A DNA stretch of 64,000 nt, taken from NCBI GenBank assembly GCA_964247055.1, contig OZ176051.1, forward strand, positions 7,812,001-7,876,000, in the 5' to 3' direction. This document shows positions 37,801 through 50,078 of the stretch, in pieces. The translations under genes and the position numbers were made by a program. The notes beneath the pieces are model-generated. The model did no database searches. It was not told the DNA's origin and saw only the letters and a program-made list of their open reading frames with translations. The DNA is from Paragordius varius. Lineage: Eukaryota > Animalia > Nematomorpha. Position 1 is the first letter of the stretch. Each line of letters begins with the position of its first letter.

Positions 37801-40306
37801 ATTTTTGCATGGCTAAACTCACATCTTCTGCAGTAATAATTGGGGGTGGCCCAATAACTGGAGGTAAGTTTGGGATTCGACATTTGAATGCTGGAAATTC
37901 AGTGTATTTTGCATGTATTGTGCCCATACATTTTGAATGCTAAGAGTGTCAGTAACTGTGTTGTTATTTTTATCTTTTATGGCTTTCACTACCCGAATAT
38001 CTTTTTTATTATTATTAATATATTTTAGTGTTTTAAAAACTTTTAAGTTTTTAATTTCTCCCTCAAGTTTTTTGGCCATTTCCAAACATCTTTCATTCAT
38101 TTTGTCAGCTATTATTTTCTTTACTCTTTTTTTAACCATTATGTAAAAATGTTTGTCATCATCATGTTTAGAAGCTTTCCATTTCTTAAAGGCATCTCTT
38201 TTCTCATTCAATAAGGGTTTAATATCGCTTTGCCACCACCATTGAGATTTTGTTTTGGTACGTTTTCTTCCGCAGATTTTGGAAACGTTTGAGAAAAGGG
38301 TGTTTTTGAGATGCTCCCAGCCGTCATGAACGATGTTAGGGGAATGTTTTAGTTCAGGTGTAATTTGGTTGATGTATTGATGCTTTGTTTTAGGATCATT
38401 AAGTTTTGCAACGTTAAGTTGTGGCAATTTTTTAGGGCTAGGTCGGTTCTTATTTATTATTAAAAAAGCAACTATTAGTTTATGTTGTGTATCATATTCA
38501 TAAGTTTTAAAGTTGGTTATAATTTTTCTAAGTTGTTGGTTCAGCAACACAAAGTCTATTTGCGATGTGTGATTTCCGCTTTTATATGTGTGGATTTGGC
38601 TAGGTTTTTTACAGAAGTGTGTGTTGCAAATCAATAAGTTTGCGGCACTGCAGAATTCCAAGAGGGTTTCGCCCTTTGTTGCGAGAGCCAATACCTACTC
38701 CACCGTGTATACCTTCATAACTATCAGCGTGCATTCCAATGTGTCCATTAAAATCTCCGCCGATCAGAAGTATGTCATTTGTGGGAACATTTTGTGCGAT
38801 CTGATAATGCTGATTCCAAAATTCCTGTTTGGTAGTTTCATTTTGACCCTGTTGAGGGGTATAGATGGATAGTATGTTAAGGGTGGTATTATTGAGAGCC
38901 ACTCGCATTTGAATAATTCTGTCGTTGTGACGTGTAATGTCAATTATATTTTCTTTTATCTGATCGTTTATGGCTATTGCTACCCCTGATTTTCCTCCTT
39001 CATAATACAGTGTAAAACCTTCATGTTGATAATTACCTCCGTTTTTAAAACGAGTTTCTTGTAAACAACATATGTCAAGCTTTTGTTCTTTAATCGCATT
39101 TATTATCATCCAAGCTTTTCCAACAAGAGTTCCGACATTCCATGTGCCAAATTTAAAGTTATTATTTTTAATATTAAATGATTTTTTCTCAGGTAACATT
39201 TCACTTTTCCGTAGATGTATTATAAATATAATATTATTATTATGCAGTATAAAAATATATAATATAAAGTTTCAAAGACGCTTTTATAAGTAGTATTTAT
39301 TCATTATTATTTCGCTGTTGAACATGGTAAAAGTAATGAGGCTTGATTTTTATAGACTATATGCCCTTATAGCCAACCTCTTAACTCGGAGGAGAGAGTA
39401 CCTTATTCGCTGTACCAGGCTAGAGAGTGTCTAAAAAGACTTCGAATCTCTCAATCCGTTTGTAGATTTAAGTCTACGGCCGAGGGAGGTGCCTTTCTGG
39501 GCTTTGGAAGCTCCCACTCCATCTTTCGTTTTAAGTACTTATATTATCGTTATTATCATCTGGCTGCTGGTTATAGCGCCCAGATAAACCCGCTTTAAAA
39601 CCATGTGTGTGAATACAGGCATTGTGGTATTTTGTAAGAAAATGAGACAGCCAATCTCAATTCCGCCACGCCCCACACACTAGTTTTCCTCCTTGTGGAT
39701 TGATGTTCATTGACTGTTCTTTACAAACAGTGCCGCTCCCGTTAGCGTTACCCGGGATGCCTCGCGAGGAGGTGGGAGTCCGTCTTTGCATCCCTTGGTT
39801 ATTATAAAATAATAATTATAAAAAAAGATAATTAAATATTAAGAGGTATGTGCATCAACGTTAAACCCGAATAATTTTATGCTGCTAAAATATATTTTAG
39901 GTAATATGTAAATAAATAACCGCATACCTTAAGCCATTCAACTCCCTCAATTTGGTAATCTTTGAGAGTTCCAATAAAATAGTTTGATTTATATTTTTTA
40001 ATAACATTTGATGACTAATATATAATATATATATAAAATACTTTTTGGATATTTAAATCTTTTTTTCCTAATGGTCTAAAATTATCTAATTTTTTTAATA
40101 GAAAATCGCTATAGTATTTGCTTTTTGTAAGCAATTCTTCTAACTTTTTAAAACGATTTTGTTCACTTAGTTCCTTATTTTTTAATTTTGCCTAAAAATT
40201 ATATTAACTAAACTTCTTCCAATTCTTTGTTAATAAAGCGCATATTTTGTTGCGATAATTTATCATCTTCTTTTTTCATGTTTGGCGTTAACTCTAAATC
40301 GCTCAT
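29001..40306 (-). CDS. HELLS: Lymphoid-specific helicase (HELLS/LSH, SNF2 family), 806 aa; exons 40306-40214, 40191-40042, 40014-39928, 35745-35563, 34797-34592, 34197-34072, 33870-33717, 33490-33221, 32689-32595, 32375-32138, 31998-31919, 31731-31551, 30299-30140, 29819-29614, 29192-29001
   Basis: Motifs in order: [19 protein letters not shown] (HELLS-type N-terminus), [142 protein letters not shown]. Exon sum 2421 nt. Confidence 0.93.
34832..34857. repeat. (AT)n microsatellite in HELLS intron 4
   Basis: Pure AT run about 35 nt from the 3' splice site. Confidence 0.95.
36191..39794 (-). mobile_element. Full-length RTE-clade LINE (3.6 kb): ~600-nt 5' UTR, single ORF (APE + RT + PHD-like Zn finger) broken by two frameshifts, 14-bp TSD; in HELLS intron 3, sense orientation
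   Basis: ORFs 38609-39199 ([26 protein letters not shown]), 37819-38691 ([15 protein letters not shown]) and 36194-37927 ([20 protein letters not shown]). Direct repeat TTGGTTATTATAAA at 36177-36190 and 39795-39808. Confidence 0.95.
39736..39794 (-). ncRNA. HDV-like (double-pseudoknot) self-cleaving ribozyme at the LINE 5' end; P3 imperfect
   Basis: GGGAUGC-AAAGACGGA-CUCCC-ACC-UCCUCGC-GAG-GCAUCCC-GG-GUAAC-GCUAAC-GGGAG: 7-bp P1, 5-bp P2, L3 UCCUCGC, P1.1 CC/GG, J4/2 GCUAA with the catalytic-position C at 39745. Confidence 0.75.
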
Positions 40307-40379
40307 ATTTAAGGCCTAATTTCGCGGAATTTTTTCAATAGTAAAACAATATGATAATATAATAATAATAATAAAACTG

Positions 40380-40980
40380 ATTATTTTAAAAGATCCCAAT
40401 TGGGGGATCTAAAGAATTAACCTGATAAATTATAAATATTCTGATAGGAAAATGTATCGGGATTATCTTGTGGCTTTTAGTTTTGTTACGAGTGATTTAA
40501 AAAAGTTATTTACAATTTTATAATAAGATTTCCATTTTCTATATGAAAGTTTTAATCTTAAATAAATTTTTTAGGTTTAAGGTAGATGCTTCGTTTTAAA
40601 AAATATCACTATATTTTATGAATTCCCTAAAAGCAAAACAATATCTTTTTAATATTTTAATTTTTTAATGTGGGATCCGGACGCAAAATAATTTTAATAT
40701 GCTATATCTTAACATCAATATTTTTAAAAAAAATACATTAAAAAATTTAATTTTCCACAAATTTTTATAGCGTGCTTTCTATTATTTTTATGCATGTTGG
40801 ACACGGTATAAAACGCTTTTATATATTGGAAAAACACTTTCTATATAATTCAATAATGCTGAACATTTCTATCGCTTAAAAATTATTATAATTTAGATGT
40901 TCGTTTAGTATATTTTGGTTAAAAAACTAATTTTTTATGACATAAATTTGAAGACGAACGAATATTATTGGTAATATAAA
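40380..40980. repeat. Dispersed repeat family J (related pieces near 1240-1340, 6740-7030, 12150-12260, 57640-57960)
   Basis: Shared blocks such as CTGATA(A/G)GAAAATGTATC(A/G)GGATTATC and CATAAATTTGAAGA(C/T)GAACGAATATT; boundaries approximate. Confidence 0.55.
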
Positions 40981-41394
40981 AAATATGATATGATGTTAAA
41001 AGGGAATTCTTATGTATATTCATATTGTTTATGATAAAGTTTTTATAAAAAAGGGATTAAATTTGAAATTGTATAATTATATAATATATCTTAGAAGTTA
41101 TTCACCCAGCGCAGTTTTACCACTTCAGTCCTTTCCATATTGAGGTAGTTATATATCACAGAGCTCAATTTCGAAAACAAACTATTGTTTTGAAGAGTGT
41201 TTAAGTCGAAATTAGGTTGTCAAGAAAGCTTATATTTTTACAGTTGGTTCTATAGTCTTATCATTCCACTTTTATGGTGGTTTTATATCCCAGAGCGATC
41301 TGTATTAAAAATAATATAAAATATCTAAAAGCTGAATTGAAATATCTATAGCCTTTAAGGCGTATTATACAATAAATTTTTATAACAAATTTAA

Positions 41395-41947
41395 CACTTA
41401 GATACAACACATTTATTTCAGTCCTTCGAATCAAATTGGGGTAGTTGGATAACCCAGGCCTGTTTAAAATTATGTATTTTAAAAAATTATGGAAAGAAAT
41501 GGCATGGAATTTTGCACTTATATAACATTAATAAACCGAAATATATAAAAAATTTATTCAAAAATACTTGATATCAGATATTTTAAGCTAAAACCGAAAG
41601 GTAGAAATTACGTCAGCGTGACATGTGTGCAATGGTAAAATTAAAAATAATACAAAATAAACCTCTTTTTCTATTTCTATTAATGTTAGATGTAGTTTAA
41701 ATAAAAATTAGCTTAAATTTTACCCTATAAATTAAATTTAGACGATATTTTGCAAAATAAAAATGGCGTCGAAGTAGTTTCACATGGAAGTTTTTTTCAA
41801 GACAAAATTTTATTTAAATATTTTAGCATATTTATATAATTTTTATTAGAATAGAATAAGTTTAAATTGGGACCGTTTCCTTCAGTAGTTTTTTAAATAT
41901 ATTAATTTGAATTTAGTCTGGGGTATTTAGATACCCAAATCGAAGTG
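41395..41947 (+). mobile_element. MITE family A, complete copy with TTAA on both sides, between the divergent HELLS and FKBP12 genes
   Basis: TTAA|CACTTAGATACAAC ... AAATCGAAGTG|TTAA. Confidence 0.9.
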
Positions 41948-42283
41948 TTAATAAATCACTATTGCAACAATTATTGTATATTATGATTAGAAAATGTAAA
42001 TTAACATTAAAAATTTCAGTCTATATTTTTAAGAAAAATTTGATAAAGCTTTTATCTTAATAATTATTTTTAAATTCAAAACTGTAGTTAATTTACATAA
42101 TATAGCTGATAAAATCTTTGCCAATTGTAAAAAGGACAAAAAAGTCAAAATATAATGGAGAGTTAAACTTTATATTCACTAAATTTGAATAATGATTTTT
42201 GTCATTTTTTCCAGTTCTCCTGGATAATAACGAAGTGGTAAAAATTACCCCATTACAACAGGTGATACATAAAAAGTGCATCC

Positions 42284-43395
42284 ATGACTTTTAAAGTAGA
42301 TACCATCCAGCAAGGACACGGTTCCAAGCCAAAAGCAGGACAAACCGTTACAGTACATTATACAGGTTTTCTTTTTTTAAATTTTAGGAACCTTAGAAAA
42401 TGGGAAAAAATTTGATTCTTCTCGTGATAGAAATCAACCGTTTAAATTTAAACTTGGTAAAGGAGAAGTTATAAAAGGTTTGTATTTTTTCAATATTAAA
42501 CATACATTATCGCATTTTTTATCTATTAAATAAAAATGACCGCAGTAGTATTGTTTGCTTTGGGTAGAAATTTCTCTAAATTAGTATTGCTATTTTTGTA
42601 TTTAGTCACATTTTTTGTTCAGATAACTGTTAAACCTATTTTACAATTACGTTATGTAAAATCCTCTGTATTTTATATTATGATAAAACCTTATAACACG
42701 CTTTTATAATACAAATGTATTATAGTTTTTATTTTAACTTACCACCATTTCTTCACATTTTCGACATTTTTGCGTTATCTAGTCTTTTATGATAAGATTT
42801 ATAATTTTATATGACCTTTACTTTCATCATGAAATATAGCAGAAACTTTTTATTAATTTGGTACCTGACCCTATCAAAATTTAGGAGAATCATAGCATAT
42901 TAATAATTTTTGGAAAAAACAAAAAAGCTTCAGACTGCGAACTAAAAGTATCTAAGTTATAATTTTCTTTTCGCTATAAGATTTTATATTCAATAATATA
43001 TTCGTTAAATAGGTGCCTACTTATAAAATGCATACAGAAAAAAATTGCGCGATAAAATTTCGAAAATATGCTATGATTCTCGTAAATTTTGTTCGTGGAT
43101 TCTGCATTAATTATAAAAAAATTTTGAATTTGATTCCTTTTAAATAAACCATATTTGAATCACGCTTTACATAATCTTAAATATTATGCTAGAGTGTTTT
43201 CTGTTCACCTTGTTCAGAAAAAGTAATTTTATACATTTTTTAGGTTGGGACCAAGGAGTTGCGCAAATGTCGAAAGGAGAAAGAGCCAAGATAACGTGTC
43301 CACCTGAATATGCTTATGGGAAGAAGGGATATTCAAATGTTATTCCACCCAATTCAACATTGACTTTTGATGTTGAGTTGATAGATTTTCAATGA
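42284..43395 (+). CDS. FKBP1A: FKBP12-type peptidyl-prolyl isomerase, 107 aa; exons 42284-42365, 42388-42477, 43244-43395; introns 22 nt and 766 nt
   Basis: [107 protein letters not shown]; exon sum 324 nt. Confidence 0.96.
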
Positions 43396-43629
43396 TATTT
43401 TTTTTCCAATAATCATGGCAATTGGACCAATAAATTTTTTGTAGTTGTAATTGTTTATTTATACACAAGTATCATAATAGTTTTGTTATTTTATAGGTGT
43501 TTTTGTTGAAACGTCTAAAATAAAGTCTTGAGTTATTTTGTTTATATGTCACATTATTAATACGTTCATGTCTTAATAGTGTATTTACATCAGGTTAACC
43601 GGCTGTATACAAAATTTATTACTAGTTTG

Positions 43630-46600
43630 ATTAAGCGAAGGCATCAGTGAAAAATGAGCTGACGATTAATATGACTCAAACCCTATTATATTCCTGAACT
43701 AAAAGGTAGCATATTATTTTTATCATCTATGGCAGTGGTACTCACCAAAAAAATTTGACGGGCCAAATTAAATATATTTTTTTTTCGAGGGCCATGAACT
43801 TTATACTGGCAAATATCCTATAGCTATTTGACACATATGCACATATTTAATACTTTAAATCAGCACAATGATTTTTTTGCGGATGTAATCCAGCTAAAAA
43901 CTCGTTTTTCACCATTTAGTTTAAAAAATTAAAATATTTTGATAACAATATTTATTTTGATATTAACCAATAATTTTTAACAAATTTGGTTTCGCCTCAT
44001 GACAGGCCAATCTTAATACGTCGTCCATATGATCATCGGTTAAGCGATTTCTGTATGTATTCTTGGCATACTTCATTAATATGCCGTCTCAAACGTGTAA
44101 GGGTAGGGAAAAACAGTTAGGATAACTTGAGCACATATTTTTATATTTTCATATTTATTTGGCACAAAAACTCTACATATATTTCTAATTTAAGATTCTC
44201 CTTGAATATAGCCTCCATATTGAAATTATATTTAAAATCTACGAATTTTTCAATGATAGCACCTGATCAAAACTGAAATCGGGTTGCTTAATATTGGATA
44301 TATCCATATGCCAGGGATTTTCAACGAATTTTAAGCAATATTTAATATTTTTTAATTCCTGAAATCTGAATTTCATCTCATTAGATAAAATTAAATAATT
44401 GTCTATAATTAAATTAATCTCCATTAGCAAATTGGATTATTATTTATCTCCCTTGACTGTATTTACAATACTAAGTTTATAAGTAATGTCACAAAGGTAG
44501 GCTAATAAAACCCACCATTTGTCACTATAATTTCCTCGTCAAACTTTCTGTTATCATTTATAATTAATATTTCATGTCTTAAAACAAAAAATCTATCATC
44601 TCACAGTGGTATACAAAAGAATATAATCAAACTCACTGTGGATTCAGAGGGTTTTTGAATTTACGGCGGTACAATCTTTGCCCCTGTGGTTTACTAGATC
44701 CACAACCCTTTTTAAATTACTGAGAATTGAGTATTCATTTTTACACTCGAAACCAGGTTTTGCTTATGCAGTGAAATGATCAAATATTTTGCAAATTATA
44801 CTTGTTTCTCAAAAGAGGAATAAATCCTTTGTTTCCAATCATAGAGGGACAGCCATCTGTGCAGATCAAAACCAATTTTTTCATAGACATACCATTATCA
44901 TCGAAAAAAGTGCTAATTATTCGAGAAAATCACTCTCTTTCGTGGTATTATATATTGGTAAAAATAATAAATATTCCCCGTTGATAATGTTGTCGTTGCA
45001 ATCATAAGAGCGCACACTGTGGAGCTGAACTAATATCAGTGATGAATCAATAGCAATACTAAAATATTTGCAGTTTTTCAGAGCCAATAAATATATTTAG
45101 ATAATGCGTCGATCACATGTTGAATCAGAAAATTGGAGTATTTTAATTACCTCATGATTAGATCTTTATTATGGAATTTATCAAATAAAAAAGTGCAACC
45201 ATTTATTAGACATTCTTTTATTAGTTGACAATCAGTAAACGGTTTCATATTTTTTCCTAAAATATAGCGAATTTCATACGAAGTTAATGTTACAGCTTTT
45301 TTCTGGGAGAAAGCTATAGACATAATAGATTTTTCTTCCTGGTATATTCCTTAATCTTTTATTCGTTTCTTTCCTTATGATTTTCTGGTTTGTGAGAATG
45401 CTGGATTGTAAAATGTCTTTCAATATTGTATTTTAATTATGTTGTCCTTACATATAAGGCAGGTGACATTTTTATTTAAGACGACAAAAATTTTTTCTTC
45501 ACCATTAGATGTCATCCTTTGAATTTATGTTTAATTGTGTAAATTTTTTTTAAAAAAAATGGGAATATAATTTGAATTATGCAATAAAAAAACAGATCAA
45601 AATATAATAATGTGATTTTTATAAAATGATGCAGGATAGCAATGAAAAGAATAAGTATATGCAGTTTTGGGTGAAAGGATTGCTTAAATACAAAAAAGGA
45701 ATGCAATAATTTTAAAATAGAAAAGAAAATAGAATGCAGAAACAAAAACAAAAACAACGTGTTCCAAAATTTTAAAATCATTTTAATGTAGAGACATTTT
45801 TCTACATTTCAAATTGGGTAAAAATAAAAATACCAAGTAAATTCAAATAAAATAAATTAATATTAAACTAAGCGAAAATCCGATTATGTGTATTTTAAAA
45901 TTTCATCAAAAAATAATAATAATTGTATCAATATGGTCATAGGGCAATTTTAAAGCGCTCTTAGGGCCGTATGCGGCCCGCGGGCCGCGGTTTGAATATC
46001 ACTGATCTATGGCTTATGCACCAAAAAAGGATCATTGGCTTATTTTTCTTATTACATTGGAATGTAATAAATTTTAAATGTTTAAATTGCTTAGACCCAA
46101 GCAATAATAATATTAATCGACCAAAGCTACTTAACATTGATGGACATGACATCGAATTGGTTGACTCTTTCGTATACCTAGGAGATGTCATATCATCTCA
46201 GGGAAGCCCACAAAAGGCTATCAAAAGAAGAATATAACAAGGTTGGATAAATTATAATCAGTTAAAATATGTTTTCCAAAACAAAAATGTTAACAATCGT
46301 AATAAATGGTATCTTTACAAGGTAGGAATAAAACCTGCTCTTACCTATGGTTCTGAAACCTGGGCATTAAACAAATCAAACAAAACTCCTAACCAGTGAG
46401 AACCGAATACTCAAAAGCTGCTTTCGCACACCAGAATTACCAATTTCCATTAAAAAAACCGATAAAATCGAATATATAATTCAAACTAACAGATTGCGTC
46501 TATACGGTCATACTCAGAGAAGAGACGCCACCCATCCGTTAAAAACTTTAACATTAATGTTGATGGCAATAGAAGAAAGGCCACTCTTTTCTTTTAATGA

Positions 46601-46712
46601 TAATATAAAAATGGACTTGAATCAACGTAGCCTTTCCACAGAACAATGTAAAGATCGTAATTTATGGAGGAAACTACTTCGTGGATACAAAACTCCAAAT
46701 ATGAAGTCCTAA
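43630..46712 (+). mobile_element. Decayed 3' part of an RTE LINE (related to 36191-39794), interrupted by the hAT at 43733-46004
   Basis: Left of the hAT: ELTINMTQT (cf. [10 protein letters not shown]). Right of it: LWLMHQK..NFKCLNC, IELVDSFVYLGDVISS, IKPALTYGSETWAL, CKDRNLWR. Confidence 0.75.
43733..46004 (-). mobile_element. hAT (SPIN/Buster/GTF2IRD2-like) DNA transposon, 2272 bp, degenerate transposase, perfect 8-bp TSD
   Basis: TIRs CAGTGGTACTCA / TGAATATCACTG; ATCTATGG on both sides (43725-43732 and 46005-46012); subterminal GCGGCCCGCGGGCCGC; colinear with the copy at 61834. Confidence 0.92.
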
Positions 46713-46717
46713 AATTA

Positions 46718-48129
46718 TCCATCCATAGAATGAAAACACTGTTGGGAGTCATCGTTTGCGGATAAAACTATCGCTCAGCAGAGACTCGGCGAACCGTTAA
46801 TACACAATGCTATCGCCAACAAATGATTTTAAACCATGCATTAATTGAAAAAAATGGGCCAAAAGAAATGGCAAAGGGATTCCACTGTACTCTCCTGACT
46901 AAACGCTATCTGCTCATTTTTTTTGCATCAATGGTGCGCTTAGCAAAACTTCAATATATAAAGTTTTTTGGACCAAAAAATAATCAGTTTTGGCATAGAA
47001 TTCTTATATGACGTGAGAGATTAGCGAAGTGTTTAGAGGCTGATGAATATTTTGAATAAAATAAATAAGTTTCATTTCCAAATTATTTCCCCAAAAAACA
47101 ACATGACTATGACTGATAAAGGCACAAAATCTATATATTAATAAAAAAGGAAAATGCTGGCTTTGTGATCTGTTTCCGGAAAACCAGTAGATCCATTCAA
47201 ATCCAAATGTCGAAAAAATATAATCATTATTAAATGCCCCGACAATAGCTTCGCCCTTTTTTGAATTAAGCCCCCAGTTCGGGCCCGTCCCGTGTAAACA
47301 ACGGGTTTTTTTGAAAACCCAAGTCCACAAAAATCGTGTCTTTGAGACAATTTTCCGGAGAACGTGTTGGACCATACGATTTCAAATATGATTTTTGTTT
47401 AGTTATTTTCGATTGCGCCGAACATAGTCGTCTCGCTTTTTTAATTTAGGCCCTCTTTCACCCGCTCCCCCCGTAAAATGCCATTTTTTTTAAAAAAACA
47501 AAGTCCAGAAAAATAATTTTTTGATTCTATTTTTCGCCCAAGGTATGAGACCGTAAAAATTCAATAAGGATTCCACGTATTGTTTGTTAAAAGGCAAAAA
47601 AATTAGTCAGGTGCTTCTTTGATGATAGGTGCTAGGTAACGAGCTACCCCCGAAAAACTGACCCGTCATATCGAATTAGCGTGCTTTTGGGGTTAAATTT
47701 CAGAAACCTATCTGGCCATATGAGTTCAATAGCTGCTTAAAGTATTACCCGTAAAAAGTCAAAAATTTTAGTCGAGCGGATTTTTTGAATTAGCCGTTAA
47801 ATAGGCCCTTTACTCCCTAAAATGCGCTATCATTGAACTATTATTTAGTTTTGAAGCCATTCTTCCATAAACTATTAAAAATGAACGATGATTCCAGGTA
47901 TAAGGGCAATTTTTTTTATCAAGTCTCTAGGTAGGGGGCTACCCGCCTACAACTGCGCCATCATATTGATACAGAATGCCTTTGGAGCCAAATTTCAGAA
48001 AACTTATGAGACTATGTGAATCATTTTAAAACTTCGGGCCGCATAATAAAATTGCTTATAAAATCAATTATGCCCTCCAGAAGTCCGAAGGACTTCCTCC
48101 GGCTGGTAGCAGCACGAGATTTACGCTAG
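46718..48129 (+). mobile_element. Repeat family D host element; possible non-autonomous Helitron
   Basis: Contains the 600-bp block duplicated at 9575-10150. Candidate ends A|TC at 46718 and CTAG|T at 48126-48129, with the hairpin GAAGTCC-GAA-GGACTTC about 30 nt upstream. The Helitron assignment is inference. Confidence 0.4.
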
Positions 48130-50078
48130 TAATTTATATAAATTAGTAATTTGTTTAAACTTACTTCTAAGTATATTTAAAAAGCGATATGGTTATGCAA
48201 TAATTGTTAATTTTATTCCTTTGTTGGTTATAAAATAAATTTACTCAAGTGAAATCCTCTTTTTCGCATTCATTTATATATAGTAATATTTTTCTTTGAC
48301 AAAAAATGAATATTCAGCCATATATTTATCCCATTCGATACCCGTTCAACAAGTTATTCAATCTTCGCGTTCAACGTTTTTAAATTATTAAAGACTATTC
48401 TAAATTAATCAAATAATATGTGGCAAATTTATTATATTATATCTATGAATGTGATAATCTTTATTAATTAGAATTTCAAATATGTAGAAAACCGTTTTTA
48501 ATATCAATTATCCATTTACACGAACACTAAACGCCACTGTTATGGAAAGTTAAGCAATTATTAGAGATACACTATATTTTTTGCAGGAAATCAGCAATAT
48601 TTGAACATATTTTTTGGAGCTTGATAGTGGTCGCTTAAATAAAAACTCTTTAAAAATATAATAGCAAGTTCTAAATTTTATCATTTTATCCATATATACG
48701 AATAAATGCAGGATTTATTCATTATCAAAATTTAAAATTATATTTAGATATATATTGTATAAATATGTTTTTATATTTGCCCATGAAATCAAATTTTCAC
48801 CCTTAAATTTTTTGCATGGTAACTAGGTTAGAAAAAAACATGTAATTTTAAAGGATGTCAATTAATTATTTTATTATTGCCAACGGCTTCTACACATTTC
48901 GCCCTTCTTCAGGTATATGAATGTCGTGTCAGAAAAACGGATAGACTTTGACGGTAAACCATTAAAAATGCCATTAATGTTTTCAAAATGCGGCGCCAGG
49001 AAGTTTTTCGTTGGTGCGATGCTATTGTCAGATGGTGCACAGGGAATTCAGCAAACGCGAATTTTTTTTGAAGAAATTTCAAGGTGCATTTTACTATGCT
49101 GTGGGAACGGAGCTATTGTCATAAAATCACTTTACCACTCTGCTGGACAATTTCGGTCGTTTTTCGACACTGCTCAACAAGGTTTGTACCCTTCCTTTTT
49201 ATGCATTTTCTGTTACCTAATGGCATGGAAAGGCCAAAACAAAAAAAATGAGGCCGCCAATAAGATTTGTTTAAAATTTAATTTTGTATTTAATTTAAAA
49301 AAACAATTATTCCTCGTGTGCATATATTTTAATTTTTAAACGAGAAAGTCGATACAAGTGGTATTCCAGAGCCAGGTTTTTCATTATAATTTTAGAACCA
49401 GCCCACGTATATGACACAGAAGATTATTTTATTAATGAAGACTCTACAGAAAATATTATTCATGATCCATATAAATAAACTTATAAAAATCGTTAATCTT
49501 TATATTAAAATATAAACTCCCCATAATCACTGCTAAAAATTTGTTCTCTCTTTTGCACGAGAAATACGTCTTATCGAGCGGGCTTGTAACTCGACATAGA
49601 CAATATATAAAAAAATAAACATTCAATTAATTGAATATATTGATTGAAATTATATGTATCAAATAAAAGAGAATACGAAACTTTAATAAAATAGAATTAA
49701 AATAAATTAAATGCCATAAGCCGTAATATTAAAAATCATAAATATATGTGGTAAATCTGGGCAGCTTGCAGAAGCTCTTTAAAATAACATCCCCCAAGCG
49801 CTCCCATGATCGTAGAGCCCGGTAGGAGAGACCTGCAGAAAACGTATTTAACTTCAGCAAAATCCAGGGAAATTGATATGTCAAAACCAATTCATAGAAT
49901 AGAGTTAGACAAATTTGACCATTGAATCGGATTAGAAGATTAGATAAGTAAAAGTGGTCATATTGTAGTTCATAACAGTATGGTAGGATATCCATTATCC
50001 AGATAATAAAAATGTCTGCCTAACATTCATCTGAAACTCAAATTATACCGCATCCAATGATTTTGAAAATAAATAATA

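Noticed and set aside
48917-49339. 140-aa plus-strand ORF as a gene
   Set aside because: Its 3' part is duplicated at 51117-51215 inside a TIR element, and another frame has weak mariner-like words (LLQVYE, MRRQEVFRWC); more likely a transposon relic.
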